The notes below the pieces were generated by a model that was not told where the DNA came from, searched no databases, and worked only from the letters and a program-made list of their open reading frames with translations. Position numbers and translations under genes: made by a program. A stretch of DNA of 52,088 nt from Octopus bimaculoides (Eukaryota): assembly GCF_001194135.2 (NCBI RefSeq), contig NC_068991.1, forward strand, positions 8,900,799 through 8,952,886. The letters run 5' to 3'. How positions within the stretch are numbered: the stretch's first letter is position 1; each line of letters starts with the position of its first letter. This document shows, in pieces, positions 1 through 11,670 of this stretch.

Positions 1-31
<31 letters not shown>

Positions 32-80
32 TATGTTTATACATATATATATATATGTGTTTATATATATATATATAGAT

Positions 81-472
81 GCAGGCATAGCTGTGTGGTA
101 AGAAATTTGCTCCCCACCCACACGGTCTCAGGTTCAATCCCAGTGTGTGGCACTATCACAGATGTGTTCTGCTATAGCCTTGGGCCAACTAAGACTTGTG
201 AGTAGATTTGGTAGGTGGAAACTGAAGAAAGCCTGTCATATATATGTATGTATGTATGTGTGTGTTTGTGTCTGTGTTTGTCACCCACTACACTGTTTGA
301 GAATCATGTTGGTGTGTTTACATCACCCATAGCTTAGTGGTTCGGCAAAAGAGACCTTCAGAATAAGTACCAGGTTTAAAAAAAAAAGTATTGGGGTTGA
401 TTCACTCAACTAAAAATTCTTTGAGGTGGTGCCCCAGCATGGCCTCATGACTGAAACAAGTAAAACGTAAAA
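81..472 (+). mobile_element. tRNA-derived SINE, family B (CORE-like TTGGGCAA-type centre, CA/TG middle)
   Basis: Head GCAGGCATAGCTGTGTGGTAAG...GGTTCAATCCCA and tail GACTGAAACAAGTAAAA shared with copies at 13490-13850, 29755-30125, 41894-42237 and 47314-47655. Confidence 0.75.
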
Positions 473-488
473 AGATATATATACACAT

Positions 489-762
489 CTTTTATCTTTT
501 ACTTGCTTTAGTCATTAAACTGGCCAGGCTGGGGCGCCAGCTTGAAGAATTTTTTAGCTGAATGAGTTGACCCCAGTACTTATGTTATTTTAACAATTAT
601 TCTATCAATATCTTTTGCTGAACTGCTAAGTTACAGCGATGTAAACACACCAACACTGGTTGTCAAGCTGTGGTGGGAGACAAACACGGACACAATGACA
701 CACACACATAAATAATAATGTGTATATATGATGGGCTTCTTTCAGTTTCTATCTACCAAATC
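489..762 (-). mobile_element. SINE family B, partial copy inverted relative to 81-472
   Basis: Reverse complement of the family B 3' two-thirds (TTTTACTTGCTTTAGTCATT...CAGTTTCTATCTACCAAATCC). Confidence 0.7.
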
Positions 763-1051
763 CTTGTTTCTTTCCGTGTTCCTTTCTGTAGAAGAGCGTA
801 GGCTCGAAACGTTAAAGACTTTCTCAATTCCCAAGCGTTATACTAATACATCTATTTGTTTTCAACACCACCTGTCTTCGTCTGTTGTTTTTTTTTGTGA
901 ATTCTCCCTAAATCTTGGCCACTGGTTTTAAATTAATATTAATCAAATTTATATTTAATTTTTCACTCTTATTATTTAAATTTATTATATATGTTGTCTG
1001 TGGAATATGTTATAAATTTCTGTTTCATCTTTATACTTTTATTTTTTTCAG

Positions 1052-1273
1052 TCATTAATGGGTGTATTTTTACACATTCGAAGTCCAGCCTTCTTTGAGG
1101 ATCTACCTATTTCTGAGTGGGAGTCTCACGGCTACCAAACTGATTATATCAACAATATGTACTCGCAGGCATCTGTGAATTGTTTCATCGCAGCTGGACT
1201 TTATGTAGCAGTGCTGATCTTTTCAATAATTCAACAACGACAGAATGCCAGAGCCAGTTACGTCCTCTCCTAA
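1052..1273 (+). CDS. RNASEK: Ribonuclease kappa (RNASEK / V-ATPase-associated small membrane protein), terminal coding exon; earlier exons lie upstream of the window
   Basis: Polypyrimidine tract + AG at 1050-1051, then SLMGVFLHIRSPAFFEDLP...MYSQASVNCFIAAGLYVAVLIFS...QNARASYVLS*. This matches the recalled RNASEK C-terminal half (FNVHSAVLIEDVP...YEQVSYNCFIAAGLY). Confidence 0.9.
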   Translation, partial: SLMGVFLHIRSPAFFEDLPISEWESHGYQTDYINNMYSQASVNCFIAAGLYVAVLIFSIIQQRQNARASYVLS

Positions 1274-2899
1274 TGAAAAACCAGATGAGTTTGCATGATG
1301 TAGAGCACAAAATAGTTGGGCTGCCTCTCGCGAATTGGCTGCTTTTGAAGGAAACCAAGACGTAAACTAGAAAATGGTGTTAAAACAGAATGTGTATAAA
1401 GATTGTGCTGTGTCAGTAATGGAAAAATGATTTTCTTGAAAACAAACAGAGTAAAATGTTGATAAGCAACAAGGTTTGCCCAATTTTTAGATGTGTGTGT
1501 GTATGTGGGTGTGTGTGACAGATTTTGTTTTTTCTTCCTAGTCAAGAAAGTTTTAGCTGTAAATTTAAACTGGTAGCTGAATTAATTCAAATGAATGGAT
1601 AATTACTGTGAGATAATTGAATGGACTGGAATTGAGCAATAGAAGTGATTTCTTTCCCCCCTTTCTTTTTGTTCAGTATGGAAATATTTTTAGTAAAAAC
1701 TCATTTGAAAGAAGATAATAAAAAAAAACACAAACATTCTTTGCATTATTTTAATGCATTTCTTGTAACCCCCAAACCCCTTTTTACTTCATATATATAT
1801 TTTGTTTCTCTGGGGGTGTATGCTGTTATTTTATTTTTCTCTGTAATTGTTGTTTGCAATGGGATCCTGTTAATATTGAAATAAAATTTGTTGAACTTTA
1901 TCATACCACACTTATATTGGTTCTTCTTTCCACTTCATGCCAGCTGGAACATAAAGCTTTCATCCCCTCTCTCCATCCATCCATGTGGAACCATGTGGAA
2001 CCATGGTTCCACATTTCTCATTTCTCAACTACTGGCCTACCTCTTTTTTCCTTCTTTCTCTTTACAGATTAGGAACTACTTCCTCTTCAAGGTGTTCTGG
2101 ATTCTTCATTCTTCTGTGTTTGTAATCTGAATTTTTTTTCAGGACCAGGTGATTAGCCTAAGGTTAAAATTGAGCTGGTTTCCTATTGGAGTTTTCTCCT
2201 CTTAGATGATTGCATTGCTGCTCATGCTTATAAGCTCCATCATCTGTCCAGGATTTCAAATTGGAACTTCCTTTCCCTTGGAGATTCTCTCCATCTTGAC
2301 CACCCTAGTCTGTAACTCCTGTCAAAAGGAGATGCTGAAAAGTAGTCTTGATATCACATTAGTTGTTTGCACCCATACCACATTAGTCATGGCTTATGTT
2401 GTGTCCATCTTGCTCCATGTCCTGAGAGAATACCCAAACTGACGTGTAAAAGTACAGCAATGGAGTTCACCCCTATCCTGGGAACTGCTGAGCATCCTAA
2501 ACAGGGCTTGTATTGGTTATTGAACGTATTTTTTGTGTAAATAAAGTCATTGATATTGATCATAGAGTCCACAGTAAGTTTTGAACTAAGAATGCAGGGA
2601 ATTTGAGAAAAAAAAAAAACATGAGCTATTTTCTTCTATGTTCTTACAGCTCCACTAATTCACTCCTTAATATATACCACAGACGACAAAACTCCAACAA
2701 TCTATTTCCTGTGAGTCTTCATATTGGTTCTAAATTTTGGTCCAAGGTGAACAAGTCCAGCAGAAGGGTTCAGCCAATTATGTCGACCCTGGTGCTCAAC
2801 TGGTATTTATTGTATCGACCCCAAAGATGAAGCACCTGTCTGCCAGTTACTATCCTTATACTTCTATGTTAGAGACACCACTTCAGGTTTCCTGCTGCT

Positions 2900-3176
2900 A
2901 TAATTTACTTGTTTCAGTCATTTTGACTGCAGCCATGCTGGGGCACCATCATAAAAGATGTTAGTCGAATAAACTGTCCCCAAGACTTTTTTTTATTAAA
3001 TCTAATACTTATTCTATTGATCTCTTTTACCAAACCACTAAGTTATCTAGGACATGAATACACCAACACTAGTTGTCAAGTGATAGTAGGGGACACACAC
3101 ATACATATATGTTGGGCTTCTTTCAGTTTCTACCTACCAAATCCACTCACAAGGTTTTGGTCGGCCTGAAGCTATA
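2900..3176 (-). mobile_element. SINE family B copy lacking its head; abuts the Tc1-like remnant
   Basis: ACTTGTTTCAGTCATTTTGACTGCAGCCATGCTG...CCAAATCCACTCACAAGG...GCTATA, then an abrupt switch to transposase sequence. Confidence 0.7.
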
Positions 3177-3870
3177 GGTGCAGAATCCTGGATAAGCACC
3201 ACATTATCAAGCCCAAACTTCTGCCCTGTCCAAGGTAACAGAGTTCTTCAGGATGTCCAGATACTTCTTTGTGCCGATCTTTAAGCCAGACTTAATGAAG
3301 TGGGGGTCCATGACTTCCATCGCTCGCCACAGCTAGAAATACCATCAGAGAGGCAGGATTCTTAGTCTCAAACACAGGAGGGACGTCAGAAGGGTTGTAT
3401 GCAACCACTCGAGAATTTCTGTGATTCACCTCAGCGTCCACCTTGATGCTTGGTGAATGACAGAAGCTTTGGGCATCTCTCGGCTTTGATTGCTTTGGCC
3501 TTGGCTGTTAGGCGATAGCGTCGTCGAACACAGATCGTCATGCCAAGGTTCCTGTTCACAGCTCTGGACGCCGCAGAAAGGGACACATTGCGTTTCTTTG
3601 CCATGGATGTAGATGGGTTGGCTTTAGTCGAGCGTTTGAGGCCAGCGAGAAACTTTGGATTGCGCTTGGAATCACTTCGAGTCTTGTCTTCTTTTCTATC
3701 AATCTTTTCCTCTTCTTTAAATTGTTTATACACTCGATAAACTACTGCTTTTGGAAGTTTCGTCAACTAAACAATTTTATTGGCAGTGTGCCCGGCGCGC
3801 GCAAAACAACAATGGCGGAACGATTTTGTTGTTCCATGAATTTCTCCTGTCGAATCAGTTTGCTATATAC
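3177..3870 (-). mobile_element. Tc1/IS630-mariner-like transposase remnant (internally deleted, truncated)
   Basis: Minus ORF 3766-3431 resembles the HTH DNA-binding region. Downstream fragments read KNPASLMVFLAVASDG, MDPHFIKSGLKIGTKKYLDILK and VVLIQDSAP (QDGAP-type second catalytic Asp), ending at about 3177. TIRs not identified; the right boundary is approximate. Confidence 0.7.
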
Positions 3871-5143
3871 CTGAAAAATAAAGAGGAGGATTAAATTTTC
3901 AAACAAGCAAGTTTTTGTCAAAAAACGAAATGTTAAACCTATCTCAACTGCTTAAATTTGGTCTCAATTTATCTGTAAGACCCTGTATAAGATAGCTTTA
4001 TTTCAGTTTTCATCTATCAAATCCACTCAATGCTTTGGTCAGCCTGGGGCTATAGTTGAAGGCACTTGTCTAAGGTATCTTGCAGTGGGACTGAACTCAA
4101 GACCACATGCATGATTGGAAAGCTAGCTTCTTGACCACACATTCACACTCCGTGTGTATTTTATTAATAACTGGAGTAGTGTGATCATAAAATATAATGT
4201 TTAGATGGTGGTGCTCTCAGGTTGTGAAGCCATCTAATGATGACTCTGTTCGGAAGGCTGGAATATCATTTGATAAAGGAGCACGGTACAATGAATTCAT
4301 AGAACAAAGCTGTAACTTTAAATACCTTTACTCTGGGTCTCAAATATATACAAGTTGAATGATAACGTAAAGTGTTCATAAGTGAAGGGCTATGTTCATC
4401 TTTTGCGTAACCCCATGTTCTCGCTGCTGCGGGTGTACGAAAGATAGCTGTGACCTCTCAACGTGAAGTAACGTCTCGACTTGGGAAGAAAATTTTTCTA
4501 GTGAACTCTGCATCATTTTAGTAGAGAGGAAAAACACGAACAACAAAACTTGTTTGAATCAAAACTTTTGACATCCCTTCTGTTGTTTCGACGAGTACCT
4601 CGAGGGAGGTGATGGTACCAGTGTCAGGTAAGGATCCTTTATTAACATGCATGATAAGCACGAGAAAGTTTTAACCCTTACACACCTTGCGCTCGTAGTC
4701 AATTGCTCCCCTCGTCCCAAACTTTGGTTTACCACTGGACGGTACACAACGAAATACGGCTGAAATAAAAGACATTAATAAACAACTGGCTAGCTGAGCT
4801 GAGAACTGTTAATTTGATAGGTGCCATGTGAGTCTAAACCACAAAATGGTCATAACATTTACTGGGAGGGAAACAGAGAGAGAAAGAGAGAGTATCTTTT
4901 GAGGGCGCCTGACGTAGCAGCCAAATTTTTCAAATCACATCCGACAGTCTTTAAAAAGAAAAAAAAATGCGAAGACGAATAGAATAATGCAGTATTCTGG
5001 ACGTGACCATTCTGTCTTTTTCGACAGGATGGTAACACGGCTAGAATATCTGATTAGTCCGCTCTAACATGGCTGACTGAGTCAAACAACAACTGGAAGG
5101 GAAGAAGAGAGAGAAATAAAGATTATATGCTGCATATATATAT

Positions 5144-5577
5144 NNNNNNNNNNNNNNNNNNNNNNNNNNNNNNNNNNNNNNNNNNNNNNNNNNNNNNNNN
5201 NNNNNNNNNNNNNNNNNNNNNNNNNNNNNNNNNNNNNNNNNNNNNNNNNNNNNNNNNNNNNNNNNNNNNNNNNNNNNNNNNNNNNNNNNNNNNNNNNNNN
5301 NNNNNNNNNNNNNNNNNNNNNNNNNNNNNNNNNNNNNNNNNNNNNNNNNNNNNNNNNNNNNNNNNNNNNNNNNNNNNNNNNNNNNNNNNNNNNNNNNNNN
5401 NNNNNNNNNNNNNNNNNNNNNNNNNNNNNNNNNNNNNNNNNNNNNNNNNNNNNNNNNNNNNNNNNNNNNNNNNNNNNNNNNNNNNNNNNNNNNNNNNNNN
5501 NNNNNNNNNNNNNNNNNNNNNNNNNNNNNNNNNNNNNNNNNNNNNNNNNNNNNNNNNNNNNNNNNNNNNNNNNNNNN
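5144..5577. other. Assembly gap (N run); others at 14050-14544, 30257-30524, 40363-40625 and 50375-50725
   Basis: Runs of N. Confidence 1.
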
Positions 5578-5840
5578 TTGAAAGAGAGAGACAGACAGAC
5601 AGAAAAAGGAAGAAAATAACGGTTACAAATTACATTTGCTGATTGCAGATGAAATATAATTTATCAATTGAGATTTTCAATAGCTAGATTTATAAACGGT
5701 TATAAAGGTACATGTGGGAATTGAACATTCGATAACTCGGGAACAGTTTCTAAAGATAGTGAAACATCATTTTACACTTTGCTATCTTAAAAAAAAAAGA
5801 AAAAGAAACCACGAAACTGTTTTGAATGTAGTTTGTCTAA

Positions 5841-5872
5841 ATTTGCATAGGTCTCAGTAAGAGAGGATAAAA
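5841..5872 (+). promoter_or_regulatory. Candidate core promoter of paralog 1: octamer ATTTGCAT + TATA-like GATAAAA
   Basis: ATTTGCAT at 5841-5848 and GATAAAA at 5866-5872, about 40 bp upstream of the ATG; an equivalent module precedes paralogs 2 and 3. Confidence 0.45.
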
Positions 5873-5907
5873 ATCGATTGGCAGGCTGCAAATAGAAAGA
5901 CGACACC

Positions 5908-8900
5908 ATGGGGAGCGGACTGTCAACAGACTCGCGATCAACGGGTAATTCCGGTTCACAATCAAACCCAGGACTTCTGCTTCTTTCAGATCTTGTGAAT
6001 AAACAATATCCGTTTGAAAATCTCGTTTTCGAAGGATGCGGGACCAAAGCATTTGCTTACGTTGGAGCCATTAAGGTAATGCTTTTTTTCCTCGTTTTTT
6101 TAAACGATATCAATAAAGACTCTCTTCAAACGGACGCATTCAGTGTTGTGATTTTACTTAAGTCGATACCAGCCTCATTTTTTTTCCTTTTATAAAATGT
6201 TCAATTGACATTTATTGCTTTGTTTAATCACCGTTTTCTTTCAATTTAAAACTAATTTGGTTACTACTGTAATTCGACAGGTCCTCGAAAAAATTGATGC
6301 TCTTTCTAAAATCAAGCGATTTGCTGGTGTCGGCACTGGTGCTGTTGTAGCTTGTCTGTTGGCTGCAGGCTTCGACTGCTGCGCTCTGCGAGACTCGCTC
6401 AAACAACACTTGGAAAATGTACTTACTGGTAAGCATGTGATTTTTATACGAACAAGGGTTAAAAAAACTCCTGAGGTTGTGTTATGAAGATTGTTTGAAT
6501 CTTATTTGTCGTTAACAAAACAATTCTCTGCGCAGGAACGGACAGTGTCAATATTGTCTTAAGGCCGTGGCACACTTGAATAGTTGATTGTGGGGTACAC
6601 GAGGCTAGAGAATGCCCACTTCTGTAACTTGCAATCAATAAGTATTATAGGCCACGGTGCATTGCCTTGCTTGAAGTTTTGAAGTCTTATAATACTACGA
6701 AAATGTCTTTGGCTGTGCTCGTGGCTTTCATAGGCTTTCCACTGTTAATGTGTAGCATAAACGTCTTTCATACACAGACGGTTATTGTCTCGCTTCCAAT
6801 ATTTTACTTTGCTACTGAAGTAGTTTTGTTAACGCGAGTTGCTCTACAGGTCCCGAATGAATACATTAAACGGCTTGCTTTAAAAGAAATTTAATATTTC
6901 TGGTCTAATGCTTCCATTTCTATTTTATAGTAGAAACCTACAACTATTTGATCTACACACCAAAAGCTATAACTATCGAAACGTGTCATTTGTATCGTTT
7001 TCAGCCAACCAGTGCAGCAATAAGGGTCAAGTGAATGAATTACTTCATAAGTTTGGTTGGAATTCCGGCAATAAATTCCTTGATTGGTTGGGGACTCTTC
7101 TGAAGGAGAAATACGAAAACGCCGATATAACGTTCCAAGAGGTAAGTATTCGGTATCGTTAACCCTGATAGACATTGACTGATATTTCTTAGTCGGCACT
7201 TTAATACCTTAAATCTGTTCTTAATTTCTTTCACTGATATTTCAGCTTTATGAGAAAACCGGCAAGGAGTTGTGCATCGTAGTTCTGAATCTAAACCGAA
7301 TGCGAGAAGAGTACTTTCACTGCAAGACCACACCTACTACCGCTATCCGTTGGGCAGTTCAAATGTCCATAAGTGTTCCTGGTAATTTTTATCGGTTGTT
7401 TCCCGTTTGCTTGTTTATCATAGCTTTTTCGTATTTAAAACTTAAACAATAGTTTTGCGTAACAATTGGGTTGGTAGTCAATATCACAGAACAAAGGCGG
7501 TTTCTGATTGTATCTTTCAGGTCTTTTTCAACCCCTTACATTCAACGCTGGAAAATCGCGCAGAAACTATTACTTAGATGGTGGAATTCTCTGCAATTAC
7601 CCCATTCATTGTTTTGATGGTAAGTTTAAAAAAAAAAAAAATTTTTTTTTTAATATCTGAGTCTTCAGTACTGTTTTAATTGGTTTTGAAACTCCTTGTA
7701 GGTTGGTGGCTTTCAATGGAACCCGGGGAAAAAGTCCCTCACAAATATCGACCAACTTCTGACTTGAAGACTTTGATTCGAGAACGCTTCTCTAGATACA
7801 ACTCGAAAACCATTGGATTCGCACTGGTAAGGTTTATAAGTAAACAATATAATTAAGCGTAATTTTACATCGATTCTGAACATTCTAAAATTATCTGGTC
7901 ACCTGCTTAACTGATTCTAATTGATATCTTGGTCATTAAAATTTTTTTTTTATAATAGTTTGACGATTACCACTACCATGATGAAGTGGACATTGAAATG
8001 AAACGGAGACTAGATCAAACTAAAGCAGTGGTTCCTATACCAGCGACCAAACTTGGCAGGTGTGAATTTTAATAGTAATTGAATGACCGAGACTTGGCAA
8101 CAAAATCTTAGATCTTGCTTTTCCTTACGAAATAATTAACCATGTGCTACACAGCTAAGGTTTCATACCCATTGCTATTTTTTTTTTTATTTGTAATACT
8201 GCTACTTTTCTAAGCCGGAGCTTAATCAGGCTACATGGTATACATCAAAAAGAATTTACTGTTTATAAGTAAAGATATTTACTCGTTTGCAGCGACGTGG
8301 TTTCAGGTGCTGTCCCACTGCGCAATATTTTGGGCAGCTATTGTCTATATCCCCGGACCGACCGATTTCTTGTGAATTTAATAGACGGAAAGTGTGGAAG
8401 CCTTTTGTTCTGCACTACTGCCTGACACCCATTAAGTTATGTCCCTTAACATAACGGTTCGTGAAAAGAAACCGATATAAGTACCACACTTAAATGGGTA
8501 AAACATACCCACATACGATATGTTTCGCATTTTGCTTCTATACTTTCTAATTTGGTTCAGGACATCATTAAATCTTAACGGTTTAGGTTCAGAAGCTTAA
8601 GGTTTCTGCTGCTAAATGCCTCCCTTATTTTCTTGTGTAGACACAATAACTAGGTTACTTTCTAGGCTGATTTCTGTTCTTACTGCATCTTTACAAATGT
8701 TAACAATATTTTTCTCACTTTTTTTTTTTTCCAGAAAATACAAAGTTGATATAGAAAATGAGAATAAATTGAAAGAATTGTTTAAGACCTTTCCAGAAGC
8801 TACCAAAAAGCTTGAAACTGTTTGTACCAAAATAGCTACTTAACTATTGCTTTTAAGATATTTCCATCGCCGATTTGATCTCTTTAGCATATGGTTGCTT

Positions 8901-10085
8901 TAGCATAGTAACGCTTTATTTATACTTTCAGGTTTTGGAGACAATTAAAAAAGGTGATGATAATCTAGTGTCGGTTGTTCGATTAGTAAAGGAATTTACT
9001 GGGAAGGTAAATGTCAAAAAATTTTTGTTTTGCCATCACCAGTTGCTTACAACAAATAACGTTGCCACAATTTCATTTAACTATTTTAACCCACCTTAAT
9101 TTCTGCAGAAATCTAATTTCACTCAGTCTGACATCGAAGCATTGTTTGGGATTGAAAAGAACAAAGACCAGTGTTCGAAACTACTGAAGAATGCCAGTAC
9201 CAAGGAGATGGTGAGTAGTGTTGTTCTTAGCTGTTTCATTGGGGGTATTTGAAGGCTAAAAGGTCTTGTTCTTCTTACAGATCTCAACTATTGACATGCT
9301 GCATCTTCTTGATAAGACGAGCCGCTTTCTCTACAATCCCAACAAGCGTACATCAAGAACTGAAGTTAAGAGTATATTTTCATTCTGGGGTGCAATCAAT
9401 GGTGTTGCGCATGCAAACAGTAAATTATTGGTAAGCATCTCTCCTATATTTTCTTTGTCATTAGACTGCAGCTATGCTGGGGCACCGCTTTTATGTATCG
9501 AGTCGAACTAGTCAATCCAGGTCTTAAGGCTCCTACTCATCTAACGGTCTCTTGTCGAAATCGCCAGATGGTACGGCCTTGAATAAACTGACACCGCTTA
9601 TCAAACGGTGGACATGCAGCTGACGGACTACCAGTTTCCTTCTACCGAAACTGCTCATAAAGCTTTAGTTGACCCTGCGTTATAGTCAATACCACATAGC
9701 AGGATTGAACCTGAAGTACCAGTAATATCAAAGAATTTCTTAATCACACAAACATTCCTGTATCTATTACCGCTTTTATTGTTTTTTTTTCTTTCGTAAA
9801 TAACCAAATGAGATTAAAATCTTTGGTTTATTTTTTTTTTAAACCTCCAGAAAGAGAACTTGATGCGTACCATTGGTATTTACACTGGTCATGTTACTAG
9901 TGACGATGTTCAACTTGAAGAAGATGACGAAACTTACCTTTTTCAGGTGAGGTCTTGACATTTTTAGTTTTATTTCCCACCCTATATTATTTCCTTAAAT
10001 TCTTTCTGTAATTGCAAATTTCTTTCATTTGCAGCAAGGATGGAACAGTACAGTAACTTTCTTGCGTCAACTACAGAAGCAATAG
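5908..10085 (+). CDS. Patatin-like phospholipase-domain protein, paralog 1 (490 aa, 13 exons); catalytic Ser replaced by Gly
   Basis: GT-AG exons with consistent phases: 5908-6075, 6281-6428, 7005-7141, 7246-7381, 7521-7619, 7702-7826, 7959-8059, 8735-8819, 8932-9006, 9109-9210, 9281-9430, 9851-9946, 10035-10085 (1473 nt, no internal stop). Motifs: MGSGLS; NLVFEGCGTKAFAYVGA; KRFAGVGTGA; YLDGGILCNYPIHCFDGWWLSM; RTIGIYTGHV. AATAAA at 10252-10257. Confidence 0.88.
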
Positions 10086-11503
10086 TACCGCGTTAACTAC
10101 AAAATTGGCAACGACTATACCTTATCGATCGGCTGCTCCCGGAACACGAAATCGTCAATTCTACTGTGTTGGAATGTTAATTTTTGCTCGCTTCTTGGCT
10201 GTTATTGCTTTCGCAAAATTGTTTTTGCTCGTTAGTTTACCTTTTTATTGAAATAAAACTTCTTAATCGCTATTATTCGTCAATTCAATTCTTTAAATAC
10301 CCACAATTTGAAAATTCTCAAGTTTAGAATTAGTGAATTTATTTCTAAGGTTTGACTCCTTTTCGTTCATTTGAGCAAATCTTGACTGAATTCGAAGCAC
10401 AGGTCTCTGAATGGCTTGTATGTATTGGTAATCAAACGTTATACCATATTTGTAATTTGATACAATCCCTCGACTATTGCTGGTGTTACGTTCCAAAAAC
10501 CTACCGCGATAGGTGAAAATTCAGGAAGTAGAAACTTGCTGTTTATTTTAATTTGTATTTTATAAATGCAAAACTTTACGGAGGAATCAACGTAAAATTA
10601 AATAATGAACTGCGATATTCCGGTATATCGAGATCCCATCTTACGACTAGATGTGGAATTTTAGTTGAAAGAAAATAAGTCATGTTAGCCAACTGGCATT
10701 TATTCACTTGCTAGCACATTACATTTAAATACCTCACTAGTTGACTTTTCTATTATAGGTTAGACACCAATTTAACCATTGAATACGGATCTTTTTGGCT
10801 AATTTACTCATAACAATGCTAAAATTTTAAAGCTTTCAATTGAACTGCTTTGGCCTGATGAAAAACAAATCCAATATTATTCGCTCGATGTGCATATGGC
10901 AGAAGTTGGCATTTAGCTTCTGAATTAGCTGCAAGATAGACTAAAATACACTTTTTAGCTTTACAAAGGCGTAGTCTGATGAAAACCAGATCTAAGTAAC
11001 CTTCATTGTTGCTACTTTTTAGCTTTTAAAACCTTTGTTCGCTTATTTTGATACAAGTTTTAACAAAACCAGTCGTAGTTGACTGATCTTTAAGTAAAGC
11101 AAAGTGAGTATTACAAATGACGAAAGTTAGTTTGGCTTTATCTGGAAGAGATCCATTTCCACGCTCTAGATAGGCCGGTCATGTACTTGCATACAGATTT
11201 AGGAAGTAGAGGAAAATTTTCCCCGTCTTTCTGCATTTAGCTGAGAAATATTTCGAAGAAATAGTATTTCACGTTTTGTGATCGTGTATATTAGTGTTTC
11301 GAATTTTCGGTGAGAGATGCATAGATTTTGGTAAATAATTTTCCGATAATGAAAACTTTGCATATTTTAAATCTCTACGCAGGATTACGTCTGGTAAAAC
11401 CTTTTCGATTAGTATTACAGCTTAATCTGCGATGAAATTGCTCTGAGTTTAAAACTCCTAACACTGAAAGGAATCTGCATTTAAACGTTTTAATTTATTA
11501 GTG

Positions 11504-11670
11504 AAGGTGGCGAGCTGGCAGAATCGTTAGCACGCCGGGCGAAATGCTTGGCGACTTTTCGCCCATCCGTAAGTTCAAATTCTGCCGAGGTCGATTTTGC
11601 CTTCCAGCTTCTTCGGGGTCGATAAAATGAGTACCAGTTGAACACTTGGATCGATGTAATCGACTTACCA
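11504..11670 (+). mobile_element. tRNA-derived SINE, family A (GGCGAGCTGGCAGAATCGTTAGCACGCCGGGCGAAATGCTT head)
   Basis: A/B-box-like head and ...GGGGTCGATAAAATGAGTACCAG tail. Related copies at about 12640-12790, 22835-22925, 25110-25290, 28240-28390 and 28525-28650. Confidence 0.75.

Noticed and set aside
1980-2600. Coding-looking sequence (also 4200-4760) that may be retroelement debris
   Set aside because: No diagnostic RT, endonuclease or transposase motif could be identified with confidence.
6326-6343. Idea that A-to-I editing restores the catalytic Ser in the patatin paralogs
   Set aside because: The codons are GGN; editing reads A as G and cannot turn Gly into Ser.
10293-10496. 67-aa minus-strand ORF with helical-looking composition just past paralog 1
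   Set aside because: No recognisable motif, splice context or similarity to the patatin exons; could be chance or a TE relic.
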